DNA from: Lama glama
Lineage: Eukaryota
Assembly (NCBI GenBank): GCA_028534125.1
Contig: CM052817.1
Location: 6,326,001-6,390,000, forward strand
Length of the DNA stretch: 64,000 nucleotides
Direction: 5' to 3'
The notes beneath the pieces are model-generated. The model ran no database searches. It was not told the origin of the DNA and saw only the letters and a list, made by a program, of their open reading frames with translations. Made by a program: the position numbers and the translations under genes. Shown piece by piece: positions 12,384 through 22,975 of the stretch (positions within the stretch are counted from its first letter, which is position 1; every line of letters begins with the position of its first letter).

Positions 12384-13229
12384 TGTATTTGTATGTTTGA
12401 GCTGTCACACCAAAATGCCACAGACTGAGTGGCTTTAAGCACAGAAATTTACTTTCTCACAGTTTTAAAGGCAAGGAAGTCTGAGATCAGTTGCTGGCCA
12501 ATTTGTTTCTCTATTGAGAACTTAATTCCTGATTCATAGATAGCTGTCTTCTATGACCATGGCAGACAGAGAGAGAGAAAGGAAGCAAGCTCTCTGGGGT
12601 CTCCTCTTATAAAGGCACTAATCCCATCACAAGCATCCCACCCATCTTTTATGGCCTCATCTAAACCTAATCACCTCTTGTGAACATTGCTAAAGGGAGC
12701 CCTCACTAAAATGAAGTTAGGAGTCCGGAAGGGGGCATTCTCATGCAGGTACCTCTCAACATCAGTACAGGTCACAAGAGGAAGCGTGGTACTTTGTATC
12801 TCTGGCAGAAAGTAACATGACTTAACTGTCCCCAGCTGGAGGAAGACAAGTTTTTCTCCTTTGCCTAGCAACAGCTCAGCTAATGAGAGACTGTCACAAC
12901 TCAGCCAATGAAGAGCCACTATACTTTGAACTCTCAACTTCCTCCAATGGACTTTTTGTTTCTAAAAGCCCCTCCCAACTTTCCTTTCTCCTCTATAAAA
13001 GAATTTCCTCCTATTTGCTTTACTGGACTTGCATGTGGTCCACCATAGTTGCATGTCCCAGATTGCAATTCTTAGCTGCTCCTAAATAAACCCATTTTGC
13101 TGGTAAAAATAACTGGCTATTTTATTGTTTTAGGTTAACACTCCCAAAGTCCCCACCTCCAGATACCATCACACTGGGGGTTACAGTTTCAACCTATGAA
13201 TTTGGTGGGACACAATTCCGTCAATAGCA
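12384..13229 (-). mobile_element. MLT1A-like MaLR LTR interrupted by an ERV1 LTR
   Basis: AAATGCCACAGACTGAGTGGCTT...CTTATAAAGGCACTAATCCCATCA...CTAATCACCTC | CCAAAGTCCCCACCTCCAGATACCATCACACTGGGGGTT. Confidence 0.85.
12679..13140 (+). mobile_element. ERV1-class solo LTR (MER34-like, 462 bp)
   Basis: TGTGAAC...GTTAACA near-inverted termini, CCAAT at ~12905, TATAAAA at 12994-13000, AATAAA at 13085-13090, and a near-perfect TSD CTCT/CTCC. Confidence 0.8.
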
Positions 13230-13246
13230 TGTACCTTGCATAAGAA

Positions 13247-13480
13247 CAGTAGTTCTCCCTAAACATTTAGAATGTCTTGGGTCCTTTTAAGAATCTGATA
13301 AAATCCACAGATCTTTTCCCCAGGAATGAGGACGACTGTATGCATAATTCCATGCACATACACATATGTACAGACTGAAGGACATGAAATTTGCGTACAG
13401 CTTTAGGGAATCCCTGCAAGCCTGAAGCATATGCACAGCAACTCCAATAGTGCAAGGCTCCCAAGTTTGGAACCCTTGCC
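13247..13480. mobile_element. MER103C-like hAT-Charlie DNA transposon
   Basis: CCTTTTAAGAATCTGATAAAATCCACAGATCTTTTCCCCAGGAATG...ATGCACATACACATA...AATTTGCGTACAGCTTTAGGG...CCCAAGTTTGGAACCCTTG. Confidence 0.65.
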
Positions 13481-15618
13481 TTAGGCTACTGGAGGTTTAA
13501 TCAAATCTAGAAATGATTTTGAAAAATTAGACGTAATGATTTATTGTCAGAAGAACTTAGAGAGGATGACTGCAAATACCTCCCTCATAAAATTTTCCAA
13601 GTAAAACTTCTCCCTCACATCTCTAGTTTGGGGGAGATGGTGTGGCTTGTTGGAGGCCACATGCTTTATTTCCTATGCAGGGTGCCATTCTTCCAAAGAA
13701 AATTGTGACTGTCTCCTTTATTTTGTGGGTGTTGAATCTGGAAGAGACCTCAAGTCTCCTCCACTTCAGACTCCTTAGTTGACTAATAAGGAAAATGAGC
13801 CCAAAGAAGGGACAAAAATATGCTCAAGGTCACACTATTTCCTCTTAACTGCTCCCACTTAACTTGCTTCAAACTCTTTGAAAAATATTATAAAATTAAT
13901 ACTCTTATTATTTCTTAAAATTACTAAATTTCTGCAACTCTCATTTGGGGGCTCCATGACCGGCTTAATAAAATATTCCCAGAATAACAATATTCCATTA
14001 GGTGGTTAAGATTTTTTTCAGAATACAGTGCAATATGTCTGTATTTCATTTCCCACTATATCCAGAATCCTCTGGATTTTCTTTTCCTTCTCATGGACTC
14101 CACTGAATTCTCAAAGATAGCTGAACAATTTACTGCTCCCATATAATTTCATATTCTTCTGCAGAGATAACACAGCAATTATCTTGACTGGAATTGTACC
14201 GGGAGTCTACTTGCATTGCACGTTTGTTTTTTCTGGGTGGTTTTTTTTGTTTTTGTTTTTTTGTTTGCTCTTAGTAAAGAGTCTTGCATTTGGTAGAATA
14301 CATAGAGCATTGCAAAATTATTTACTCCTTCAAAACTTTTTTTAGTGCTCAATGTCTATGATTAATCTCCAAGATTGCCATATTCTGTTCCTCTACACTC
14401 CACCTTCACTTAGATAGAAGGATTTGCATTCATGCACACATCACCAGTCTCACTGGACTTGTTCTGTCTGACGCATCCTTAAACCTCTGAGTTCATGACA
14501 ATGAAGTCCCTATGTCCATGAAAAGGGAAGAACTTCTGATTTGAAACCAGCAAAATGCAGGTGTTATTTTTAAGGCTTCACTGACCAGGTAGAAACATAA
14601 AATTTCTCCTGGTTGAAATGGAAATAAAGAGGGAACTTGGAGAAGAAAGGGGGTCCTGGAACTTGAAAATACATGCAGCTGAAGGGGTGCAATGACTATA
14701 TAATCAGGAAAAAGGACTGGACCAGAACTCTAGGGTACAGACTCTAACACTGAACTGAGCAGAGCTGGCCGTCTTTCTGAATGACTCGCATTTATTATGT
14801 GTGTGATTCTCATAGGAAGAGCTCAGGTACCACACACATATACAAAACGTAAGGTGCAGGCAAAATCAGGCTTTTCCAAAAGCACTAAGTCAAAAGAAAG
14901 GAAAAGGCTGAATCAGAAGAGAGAAGGGAGGTAGACTACAGATGTGTAAGGTCTCAAGGGCCCCAAACCCTTGCAGAAACCCATTAAGACCCACACCCTG
15001 TAGCTCCCTAGGCCTCCAGCAGCTCTGCAGCCCGACCAGTTTGCACCTGATGTAATGCTTCACTGGGATACTGACTTGAATTTTATTCTTTTTTCTTGCT
15101 GTGTTTTTCCTCCCCTTGGTTTAGGCCCTTGGACCACTCTTTTTTGAGGCAGTTGATGCTGTAAGACTAAAAGCAAAATTGTCTAAAGTTAACTTTCTTT
15201 TCTAGCATCAGTCTTTGAACAACAACAAAAGCACACGTCCTCCCCTTGGCCTGGGGGCATAAAGGATCCTCAGGAAAGACAGATGGAAAACTGATGCCTG
15301 TTCCAAGACCATGAGGGGCTAATGTTCAGGTTTTAACTGACTGGAAGAAACCATTGTAATCTCTCCTACGTATTTGTGAGGGAAGATTCCTCGTCTCCAT
15401 ATGTTCTTTCTCCACTCCTTGCTTTCACTCCACGCTCTACTCCAACATCACAGTGTCTTCTGTGTGAGGTTCTACCCTGAACCTCACTGATCCTGAACCA
15501 CCCTACAAGATCCAGGAAGACCTGTGCTTTGGGAATTGAAGGGTTCTAGGGAACACTCGATCCATACATTTAACTTACAGTGAATGGAGACCCTTGCCCA
15601 CTTATCCAGGATCATAGA

Positions 15619-15983
15619 GCGTCTTGGTCCATTCCGGTTGCTACAGCAAAATACCCAAGACTGGGAGGCATATAAACAACACAGTGCGTTTCTCACAATT
15701 CAGGAGACTTGCTGTCTGAGATCAGGGTGCCGGCAGGTTTAGGTTCTGGCAAAAGCCTGCTTCCACACTGCTGACAGCTGACTTCCCTTTGTATCCTCAC
15801 CTGGCGAAAAGAGGGTAAGAAATCTCTCTGGGGTCCTTTCATAAAGGTGTTCATCCATTCATGGCTATTCCACTCCCATGACCTAATCAAGCCCCAAAGT
15901 CCCCACCTCCTAATATCATCACATTGGATGTTAGGATTTCAACATATGAATTTTAGGGGAACAGAAACATCCAATCCTTTGCA
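15619..15983 (-). mobile_element. MLT1A0-like MaLR LTR
   Basis: GTCTTGGTCCATTCCGGTTGCTACAGCAAAATACC...CATGACCTAATCA...CCCACCTCCTAATATCATCACATTGG...GATTTCAACATATGAATTT. Confidence 0.85.
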
Positions 15984-16559
15984 CAGGACCACCTACTTAA
16001 TTGCAGACTTCAGACTACCTCCCCAGTTTCTCAGTTCTCTCCAGGACGTATATCATAACGTATTCCCAGTGTGAATGGCAAGCCCTTCGAGGAGATGTAA
16101 GGTTCTGTTCCATATCTTCTGCTGAGTGAGCCCAGGCACTGTGCGATGCACTGGGGAGTGCAAAACCACTGCCCTGCTGGGAACTGAGCTGTTGAAGTTG
16201 TCTATCCAAGACTCTGGTAAAATGCCACCACCAGGGTCAGCACCCACTTCTGTCTTGTCCCTCTGTCTAGGTCTCCTTTTCCCCTATTCCCTCCACATTC
16301 TGATAATGAGCAGGCCCACTTATTTTCATGGAAGACCTGGACTGTGCCTTATTCACTGTCGCGCTAATCATAGTGCTCAGCACATTCTCTGGCCAGTAGA
16401 GTTTTCTTCTTAAAAGCTTGGCAAGGGAGATCTTGAGAAAAGTGTTTGAATGTATCTACATCTCTGATTGCATTCCCGAATGATAATCTGGATAACGAAA
16501 TGTCTTAAAATGTTTGAAAAGCTGTCTTATGACACAAAATACTTAGAGAAGTTCCTAAC

Positions 16560-16790
16560 TTTCAGTGGGCACTAGCCATGCATCAGGTCAGATGGTAAAT
16601 CCTTCACCTGGATTATCTCATTTAATCTTCATAACAACCTTACTCGATAGATATCTTTGTTACCCTCTCTTTACAGAAGAAGCTGAGACACAGGACAGTG
16701 AAATAAACTTGCTCATTCACACTCAGCAGTGGGAAATCCCAGACTTGTTCTGCACTGAACTAAACACAGAGGTAGAACATGAATTGAGAA
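16560..16790 (-). mobile_element. MIR SINE
   Basis: ATTATCTCATTTAATCTTCATAACAACCTT...TTTACAGAAGAAGCTGAGACACAG...AACTTGCTC. Confidence 0.65.
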
Positions 16791-18088
16791 TTGAAAACCT
16801 CAGGGATTAAGATTTTAGCTTCAAGGAAAAGAAAGTTTCCATCTGTTAGAGCTGGTTTGAGGAGGAATCAGCTCTGCCTCCCTGGGCATAATTTATAATT
16901 TCAGGCTGGAAAATTACTGGACAGTCACAATATAGAGGAGTTCAAGTCCAAGGATGTTTGAACATTTAAAAGATGCTTTTCAGTCCTAACATGTTTTGAT
17001 TTCTTGACGCCATCATATACATTTATGCTTCTTTCTCATCTACGTTTTGTGTGCTGTTTTCTCAGCCAGCCTCACCACCTCTGTGTTTATAGGCTCCATT
17101 TTGTTCACAAAGGGAAGGGTCACGCCTGGTATCTGCTGCCGTCTCACATAAGCACCAACTATTTTGTTGTTCCTGCTTTGAAAAACAAAACTGAGTTTGG
17201 TTTAGAAACAGAACATGATTTTCAGAGAAGCAAACACAAAGGTCTGTGGGAGCCACAAAACATGAGCTGGAGGCTCGGGAAGAAGCTATCGCATGGTTGC
17301 TTTTCCTCGTGTTGCTTTACTCCTGCCTTTTCTGTTCCCCTGAGATGCTGTCCTGCCCCCTGTCCCTGGCAGCAAACTTCTGAGTGTGATAGATGTGTTG
17401 TTCTTCCCTGGACTTCTTGGGAGTGGCCAGAGGCCAATACCCATTCAAAGCGGGGATCTTTTGGCTCCATTCACTTCCGCAGTTCCCCTCGGTTTGACCT
17501 CCTCTCAGGAAAGGACCAATTAATCAGGACACAAAAAGCTATGGATGGGGCCACCTAATGAACCCGTGAACTGCCTGAGCCTCCCAAGAACAACTGTTAA
17601 GACCCCTCTGACGAAATTAAACACAGTGGTGTACAGGGGTGCCCTCTCTTACCGGAGGAAAGTGGGCTGGAGAGAGATCCCATTCTGTACAGAACCGCAA
17701 CTTTATTTCAAGCAGCAGATTCCAGACCCTGATGAGTAGACTTCCCTGCCACTGCAGCCCTTCTGCCTGTGCTCTGAAGGAAGCCTGCTTCCTGGCTGGA
17801 ACTTCATGCTGCTTCAGGGAACCAGATCCTAAAGCACCCATGGCTTCTAACCATGTCCGTTTACACCCCTACCCCCGCTACAGGCCGCTAGCAAAAGGAA
17901 TCTCAGTCAGGTCAGCACCTTCTGAACTAGTTCTTAAATTCCTCTGCTACCTTAATTGGGGAAATAATAATAGCAAATGTTGATAAAGTTCATATAAGAC
18001 ATTGCCTCAATGACTAGGACCTGACACATTTTGAGCAATGAACATCTATTACATGATTCTGTAGGTCGGGACTTTTAGCCTGATTTTT

Positions 18089-18664
18089 TAAAAGAATTTT
18101 TTCGTTGAAGTATAGTCAGCTTCCAATGTTGTGTCAATTTCCTGTGCACAGCATAATGTTTCAGTCAAACATATACATACATATATTTGTTTTCACTCCC
18201 TCACACTATACACAAAATTAAACTCAAAATGGCTTAAAGACTTAACCATAAGACAAGATGCTATAAACCTCCTAGAAGAAAATATAGGCAAAACATTTTC
18301 TGACATAAATCTTAGCAATGTTCTTCTAGGGCAACCTACCCATGCAATAGGAATAAAAGCAAAAATAAACAAATAGTTAAACTTACAAGTTTTACACAGC
18401 AAAGGAAACCATAAGTAAAACAAAAAGACAACCTGAGGAATGGGACAAAATTTTTGCAAATGATGCGACTGACAAAGGCTTAATTTCTGGAATATATAAA
18501 CAGCTCATACAGCTTAATAACAAAAAACATACAACCCAATCCAAAAATGGGTAGAAGACTTAAACAAGCAATTTTCCAATGAAGACATACAAATGGCCAC
18601 TAGGCACATGAAAAAATGTTCAATATCGCTAATTATCAGAAAAATGCAAATCAAGACTACAATA
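18089..18664 (-). mobile_element. 5'-truncated, 5'-inverted (twin-primed) L1 of an artiodactyl-type family
   Basis: About 100 bp of L1 3' terminus in minus orientation (18089-~18195) is joined to ~470 bp of ORF2 C-terminal sequence in plus orientation (CTCCTAGAAGAAAATATAGGCAAAACATT...ATGCAAATCAAGACTACAAT). TSD AGCCTGATTTTT (18077-18088) / AGCCTAATTTTT (18665-18676), with a TT/AAAA endonuclease site. Confidence 0.85.
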
Positions 18665-18737
18665 AGCCTAATTTTTAAGTGAGGAAACTAAAGCATATCA
18701 AAATTATATGACTTTCCTGAGGCGACAGAACTGCTTT

Positions 18738-19130
18738 GGTTGATTGATTGATTGACTATTGATGATTGGATCTCACAGGTACGTTTATTCATGCACAAGG
18801 GCAGTGGCATGTCTACAAGTCTACACGATATCACATGTTCCCATCCAAGACAGCCAGACGGACATTCCATCCACCTAAAGCTGGTTAATGGTGACCATGA
18901 GCAGGTGCAGGACGGATGCTTTCAAGACTTCACTCATATTATCAGCAGTCCTGATTTTATAAACATTGAAGTCCATCAACCCCATTCCTATCCAAATCTC
19001 CTGGTAAACGTGGATATGGTAGGGCTTCGTGGGGATCCAAACATTCTTAATAAGGCTTTGAAGCATCTTGGCGCCGGATCAGTGGCTCAGACAGCTCCAA
19101 CCCACAAGCAACAGCTGGGAAAGGTCACTG
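18738..19130 (-). pseudogene. ATP5MJ: Processed pseudogene (retrocopy) of ATP synthase membrane subunit j / 6.8-kDa mitochondrial proteolipid (ATP5MJ = ATP5MPL = MP68 = C14orf2)
   Basis: ORF 19066..18875 reads [51 protein letters not shown], colinear with mammalian MP68 ([51 protein letters not shown]...). The native C-terminus PAPAHGHH* lies in a shifted frame (TAA at 18887-18885). It is intronless, with Kozak-like gccaagATG, AATAAA at 18789-18784, a degenerate A-rich tail, and TSD AGAACTGCTTT at 18727-18737 and 19131-19141. Confidence 0.95.
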
Positions 19131-19304
19131 AGAACTGCTTTTAGAAAAAGGATTTGAACTCAGGCTCTTTATCTCCCAATGCTGTGCCACAAATCGTTTC
19201 ATAATGCACCACCTCCTGTGATATGGCCCATCCTAGCCTTAGACAGTGGGATACCTTCTTGTATCTTCTTCCCATATTTCATGTCTTACTTGTAGTCTTA
19301 TCTG

Positions 19305-19804
19305 NNNNNNNNNNNNNNNNNNNNNNNNNNNNNNNNNNNNNNNNNNNNNNNNNNNNNNNNNNNNNNNNNNNNNNNNNNNNNNNNNNNNNNNNNNNNNNNN
19401 NNNNNNNNNNNNNNNNNNNNNNNNNNNNNNNNNNNNNNNNNNNNNNNNNNNNNNNNNNNNNNNNNNNNNNNNNNNNNNNNNNNNNNNNNNNNNNNNNNNN
19501 NNNNNNNNNNNNNNNNNNNNNNNNNNNNNNNNNNNNNNNNNNNNNNNNNNNNNNNNNNNNNNNNNNNNNNNNNNNNNNNNNNNNNNNNNNNNNNNNNNNN
19601 NNNNNNNNNNNNNNNNNNNNNNNNNNNNNNNNNNNNNNNNNNNNNNNNNNNNNNNNNNNNNNNNNNNNNNNNNNNNNNNNNNNNNNNNNNNNNNNNNNNN
19701 NNNNNNNNNNNNNNNNNNNNNNNNNNNNNNNNNNNNNNNNNNNNNNNNNNNNNNNNNNNNNNNNNNNNNNNNNNNNNNNNNNNNNNNNNNNNNNNNNNNN
19801 NNNN
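19305..19804. other. Assembly gap (500 N)
   Basis: Exactly 500 consecutive N. Confidence 1.
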
Positions 19805-22294
19805 TGGATGGACAGTGCTATTTATCTGGCATCACTGTAGACACGATGTGACTTTTCTTCAGGCAAGGGAATTTCACCTGCTGAAACTAGGTCTACAGAA
19901 AAACTTTCAAGCACCTAAGTTCATTTAAACATGTGGCTCGACACATATATGCACCTTCCTTGATGGTCTAAGTAGTAATCTTCAAGATGAATGACTGCTG
20001 CAACAGAATGGAACGAAGATGACAGGTGCAACTATGGAGAGCAGAGTGCTGGGCTTTGCCTTAAATGACACAAGATTATTGAAGTTTTTAGTACTACTAT
20101 TATTGTTAAGGTCAGAAATTCTTATCTTTTATTATTTTAAGTTTCCTGCCTTCTTCCTTACTCTTGGGCTGGTGTGAGTCCTTTACCTTCCCTTGAATTT
20201 TCACATGTTGTTTTGGATCTGTTGTAGGAAAGCACATAGCTAAGATGGTTTAAATTTGGAACAAATGCGTATTGCTTGTGGGGAACACAGGATGGGCAAG
20301 CCCCTGAGGAACTTAATAATCAGGGTGATGATAGATAAAACGTGATATGTGAAATAAAATGTGATCATTTGCCTTGGTAGGAATAGAAATTAAGCTCACT
20401 GGCACAAAGAACCTTATTAGATATATTCCTTCACCAGCATGCTTACTATTGGTGAAACATCAGGTTTTCCTCTAAGACCACATCAAACTTAATTTCCAGA
20501 GGTTCTGTGTTTCTCTTTTGCTGAAGAGTTGGAGTAATGATCCTCTCCTCATGAAAAATGGTTTTCTTAACTTACTCAGAGCTATTATATCAGCTTGGAT
20601 GGGCTCACCTTGTCCTCCTACCCAAACCTTGAAAATCATCTCTATGGTGAATCACCTGTTAGTGAGAAGAACACATATTGTCCTTAAGTGTTTTCTCTGG
20701 AGGAACAAAGACTGGAGACCACTTTGTAAGAAGCAATGTGATATGATAGGGTTTGCACTTATTTGAATATTATATGGGCCAGTTCTGTTACTCTGATGAC
20801 TTTTTGATGTGTAAACTCCATTAAAATCCCCAGGAAGTGAAATATTAAATCTAGGGGCCAAGGTAAAGGAATTTTTCAAGTGTGTTTAAAGTTTCTCATC
20901 AGTTGACGTTTAAATCCATCAAAAAGGGAGATTGTCATCAGTGCCCCTGTCCTAACCAGAGAAGTCCAGCCCAGATATTCTAAACAGTTTGTATCCAAGG
21001 GATTCCTGCCCACTTGTGCTCTTTCCTGCTGGTTCTGCGTCTCTGGTTGAACCATGAATGATACAAATATTTAATAGTTAGAGAACAAGACTGCTGACAG
21101 CCCAGGTTTCGGTTTCTAATTTAGGAGCTAGAGATTTGTGATAATAAACAATCCTATTTTGGGGCTTCCAGGCACTGGGTAGGTTGTAAACAAATAAAAA
21201 TTGGAATCATAGTAGTTCAAGGTCAGGAAGCCAGGAAGAAGTGAAAGTTATTCCGGTCTAAAATTTTCAACTTGCTCAGTGGACTTTAAGTGAGATGAGT
21301 GCAATTTTCCCTAATAGAGAAAATAAAATTAAGTACATATAACACCCCTAGGGGAAAACAAATTTTTTCCCCTTAAGAACAACATTATATTCCCTGATTT
21401 CATTTTGATATCCAGAGGAGACTATGTGCCAAACACACCTGAAGACTTCACTGAGACCTTGCCTGCTGGATTGGATTTTTAATGAAGAAAGGGTAGAGTT
21501 ATTTCTTTTTTCTATTAGAAAATTGTCTCAGACTCTCAAATATAACAGATATAATTTAAAAAAAAAACAACCAAGGGCAGCTGAGTAAGGGACTGGGACA
21601 CATTCATGGGCAAAGGTCACTGCCTACATGAAACTAACTTTAGTATTTAACCACCTCTGGCCGAGTTGTATTCTAGATCCTTGAGCCTCTTGGATATGTG
21701 ACTTAAAACATGTTATATGTCAGTATATTGAAATGATTATTTAGGCAAATTGGGTCTAAGATGTTATGTGTTAGACTACTTTCTCTAAGATTATCTTAAA
21801 AACTAAGGCAAATGGCTCTTTTTAATCAGTTGTGAACCGTGTTATGGAATAAGCAGCACCTTTAGGTCTAGGGGTGGTACCATACCCACCCCCTAGTCAT
21901 TCTGAAGTCCTTTTTTGACCAAAGCAGTAGTTAGAAGTGTAATTAACTTTAAAAGATTAAGTACATGGAATCTACAACAGGGTAGAGACTCACAGAGTCA
22001 TGCACTCAATTATACAACCATTCATTTATGCAAAAATAAACAAGTCCAAAGAAAGCAGGTAACATGTTCACAGCTTGTGGAGTGAAGACATGCGGCAGGG
22101 GTTGGGGGGAGATGACAGATGACATCACCTACAAAGGAGGCAATTGAATTTGAGAGACGTTCTTTCCACGTGTAGCTAGGTCTAGATGTTGGCACGATAC
22201 AAAGCTTCCTGGTAAACTCGTTGCTCTCTGAATTGTGAGACCCATGCTCGTTCTCCAACACACGCACTGATGGAGGCGGGGTCGGGTCCGCAGG

Positions 22295-22975
22295 GTGCGA
22301 GGGCTGGCTCTGGAGCAAACTGCTTGGGTTCGACTTCTATTCACCCTTACCAGCTGCATCACCCTGTGTACCATCCTGTGCTTTAATATCTTCATCTGTA
22401 AATTGAGGATAATGGAATTTCCATCATATGATGGGTTGACGAGAGAATTTAAGGTTGAAAGTATTTTGAACAAACTTGGCCCATTAGTAAAAATGAATGA
22501 AGTAATGCCATTGCAGCAACATTGATGGACCTGGAGATTATCATAGAAAGTGACGTGAAAGACAGAGAAAGACCAATACCATATGGTATCACTTATAATG
22601 TGGAATCTAAAGACATGACACAAATGAACTTCTTTACAAAACAGAAAGAAGCTCCCAGACATAGAAAACAAACTTACGGTTACCAAAGAGGAAAGGAGAG
22701 GGAGGGATAAATTAGAAGTTTGGAATTTGCAGATAATAACTACTACATGTAAAATAGATAAACAACAAGGTCCCACTGTATAGTGCAGGGAACTATATTC
22801 AGTATCTTTTAATAACCTATAATGAAAAAGAATATGAAAAAGTATGTATATATTATGTAACAGAATTACTATGCTGTATACGGGAAATTAACACAACATT
22901 TAAATCAACTATAATTTAATAAAAAAATTGGCCTATTATTTATAAGTCCTCAGTAAATGTTAGTTTACTATTATA
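22295..22975 (+). mobile_element. MIR SINE whose 3' tail is interrupted by an L1
   Basis: GGCTCTGGAGCAAACTGCTTGGGTTCGA...TCTTCATCTGTAAATTGAGGATAAT... resumes after the L1 as AAGTCCTCAGTAAATGTTAGTTTACTATT. Confidence 0.7.
22487..22923 (+). mobile_element. 5'-truncated artiodactyl L1 (ORF2 end + 3' UTR)
   Basis: AATGAAGTAATGCCATTGCAGCAACA...GGACCTGGAGATTATCAT...AAACAACAAGGTCCCACTGTATAGTGCAGGGAACTATATTCA...AATAAAAAA. Degenerate TSD AAACTTGGCCCATTA (22472-22486) / AAAATTGGCCTATTA (22924-22938). Confidence 0.9.

Larger units (their letters stand above)
18061..19185 (-). mobile_element. MIR SINE split into three pieces by the L1 and the ATP5MJ retrocopy
   Basis: Removing both insertions rejoins GTAGG...ATTTTTAAGTGAGGAAACTAAAGC...TGACTTTCCTGAGGCGACAGAACTG...GGATTTGAACTCAGGCTCT, which follows the reverse-strand MIR core (ATTTTACAGATGAGGAAACTGAGGC...ACTTGCCCAAGGTCACACAGCT...GGATTTGAACCCAGGTCT). 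Confidence 0.7.

Noticed and set aside
17004..17983. Cluster of 64-184 aa ORFs
   Set aside because: No recognisable domain, overlapping frames on both strands, mostly alternative starts and no coherent splice structure.
18752..19144. 130-aa plus-strand ORF
   Set aside because: Antisense shadow of the ATP5MJ retrocopy with a non-ATG start and no recognisable homology.
19223..19851. ~200-aa ORFs spanning the first gap (likewise 61712-62311 at the second)
   Set aside because: They are made of X residues from N-runs.
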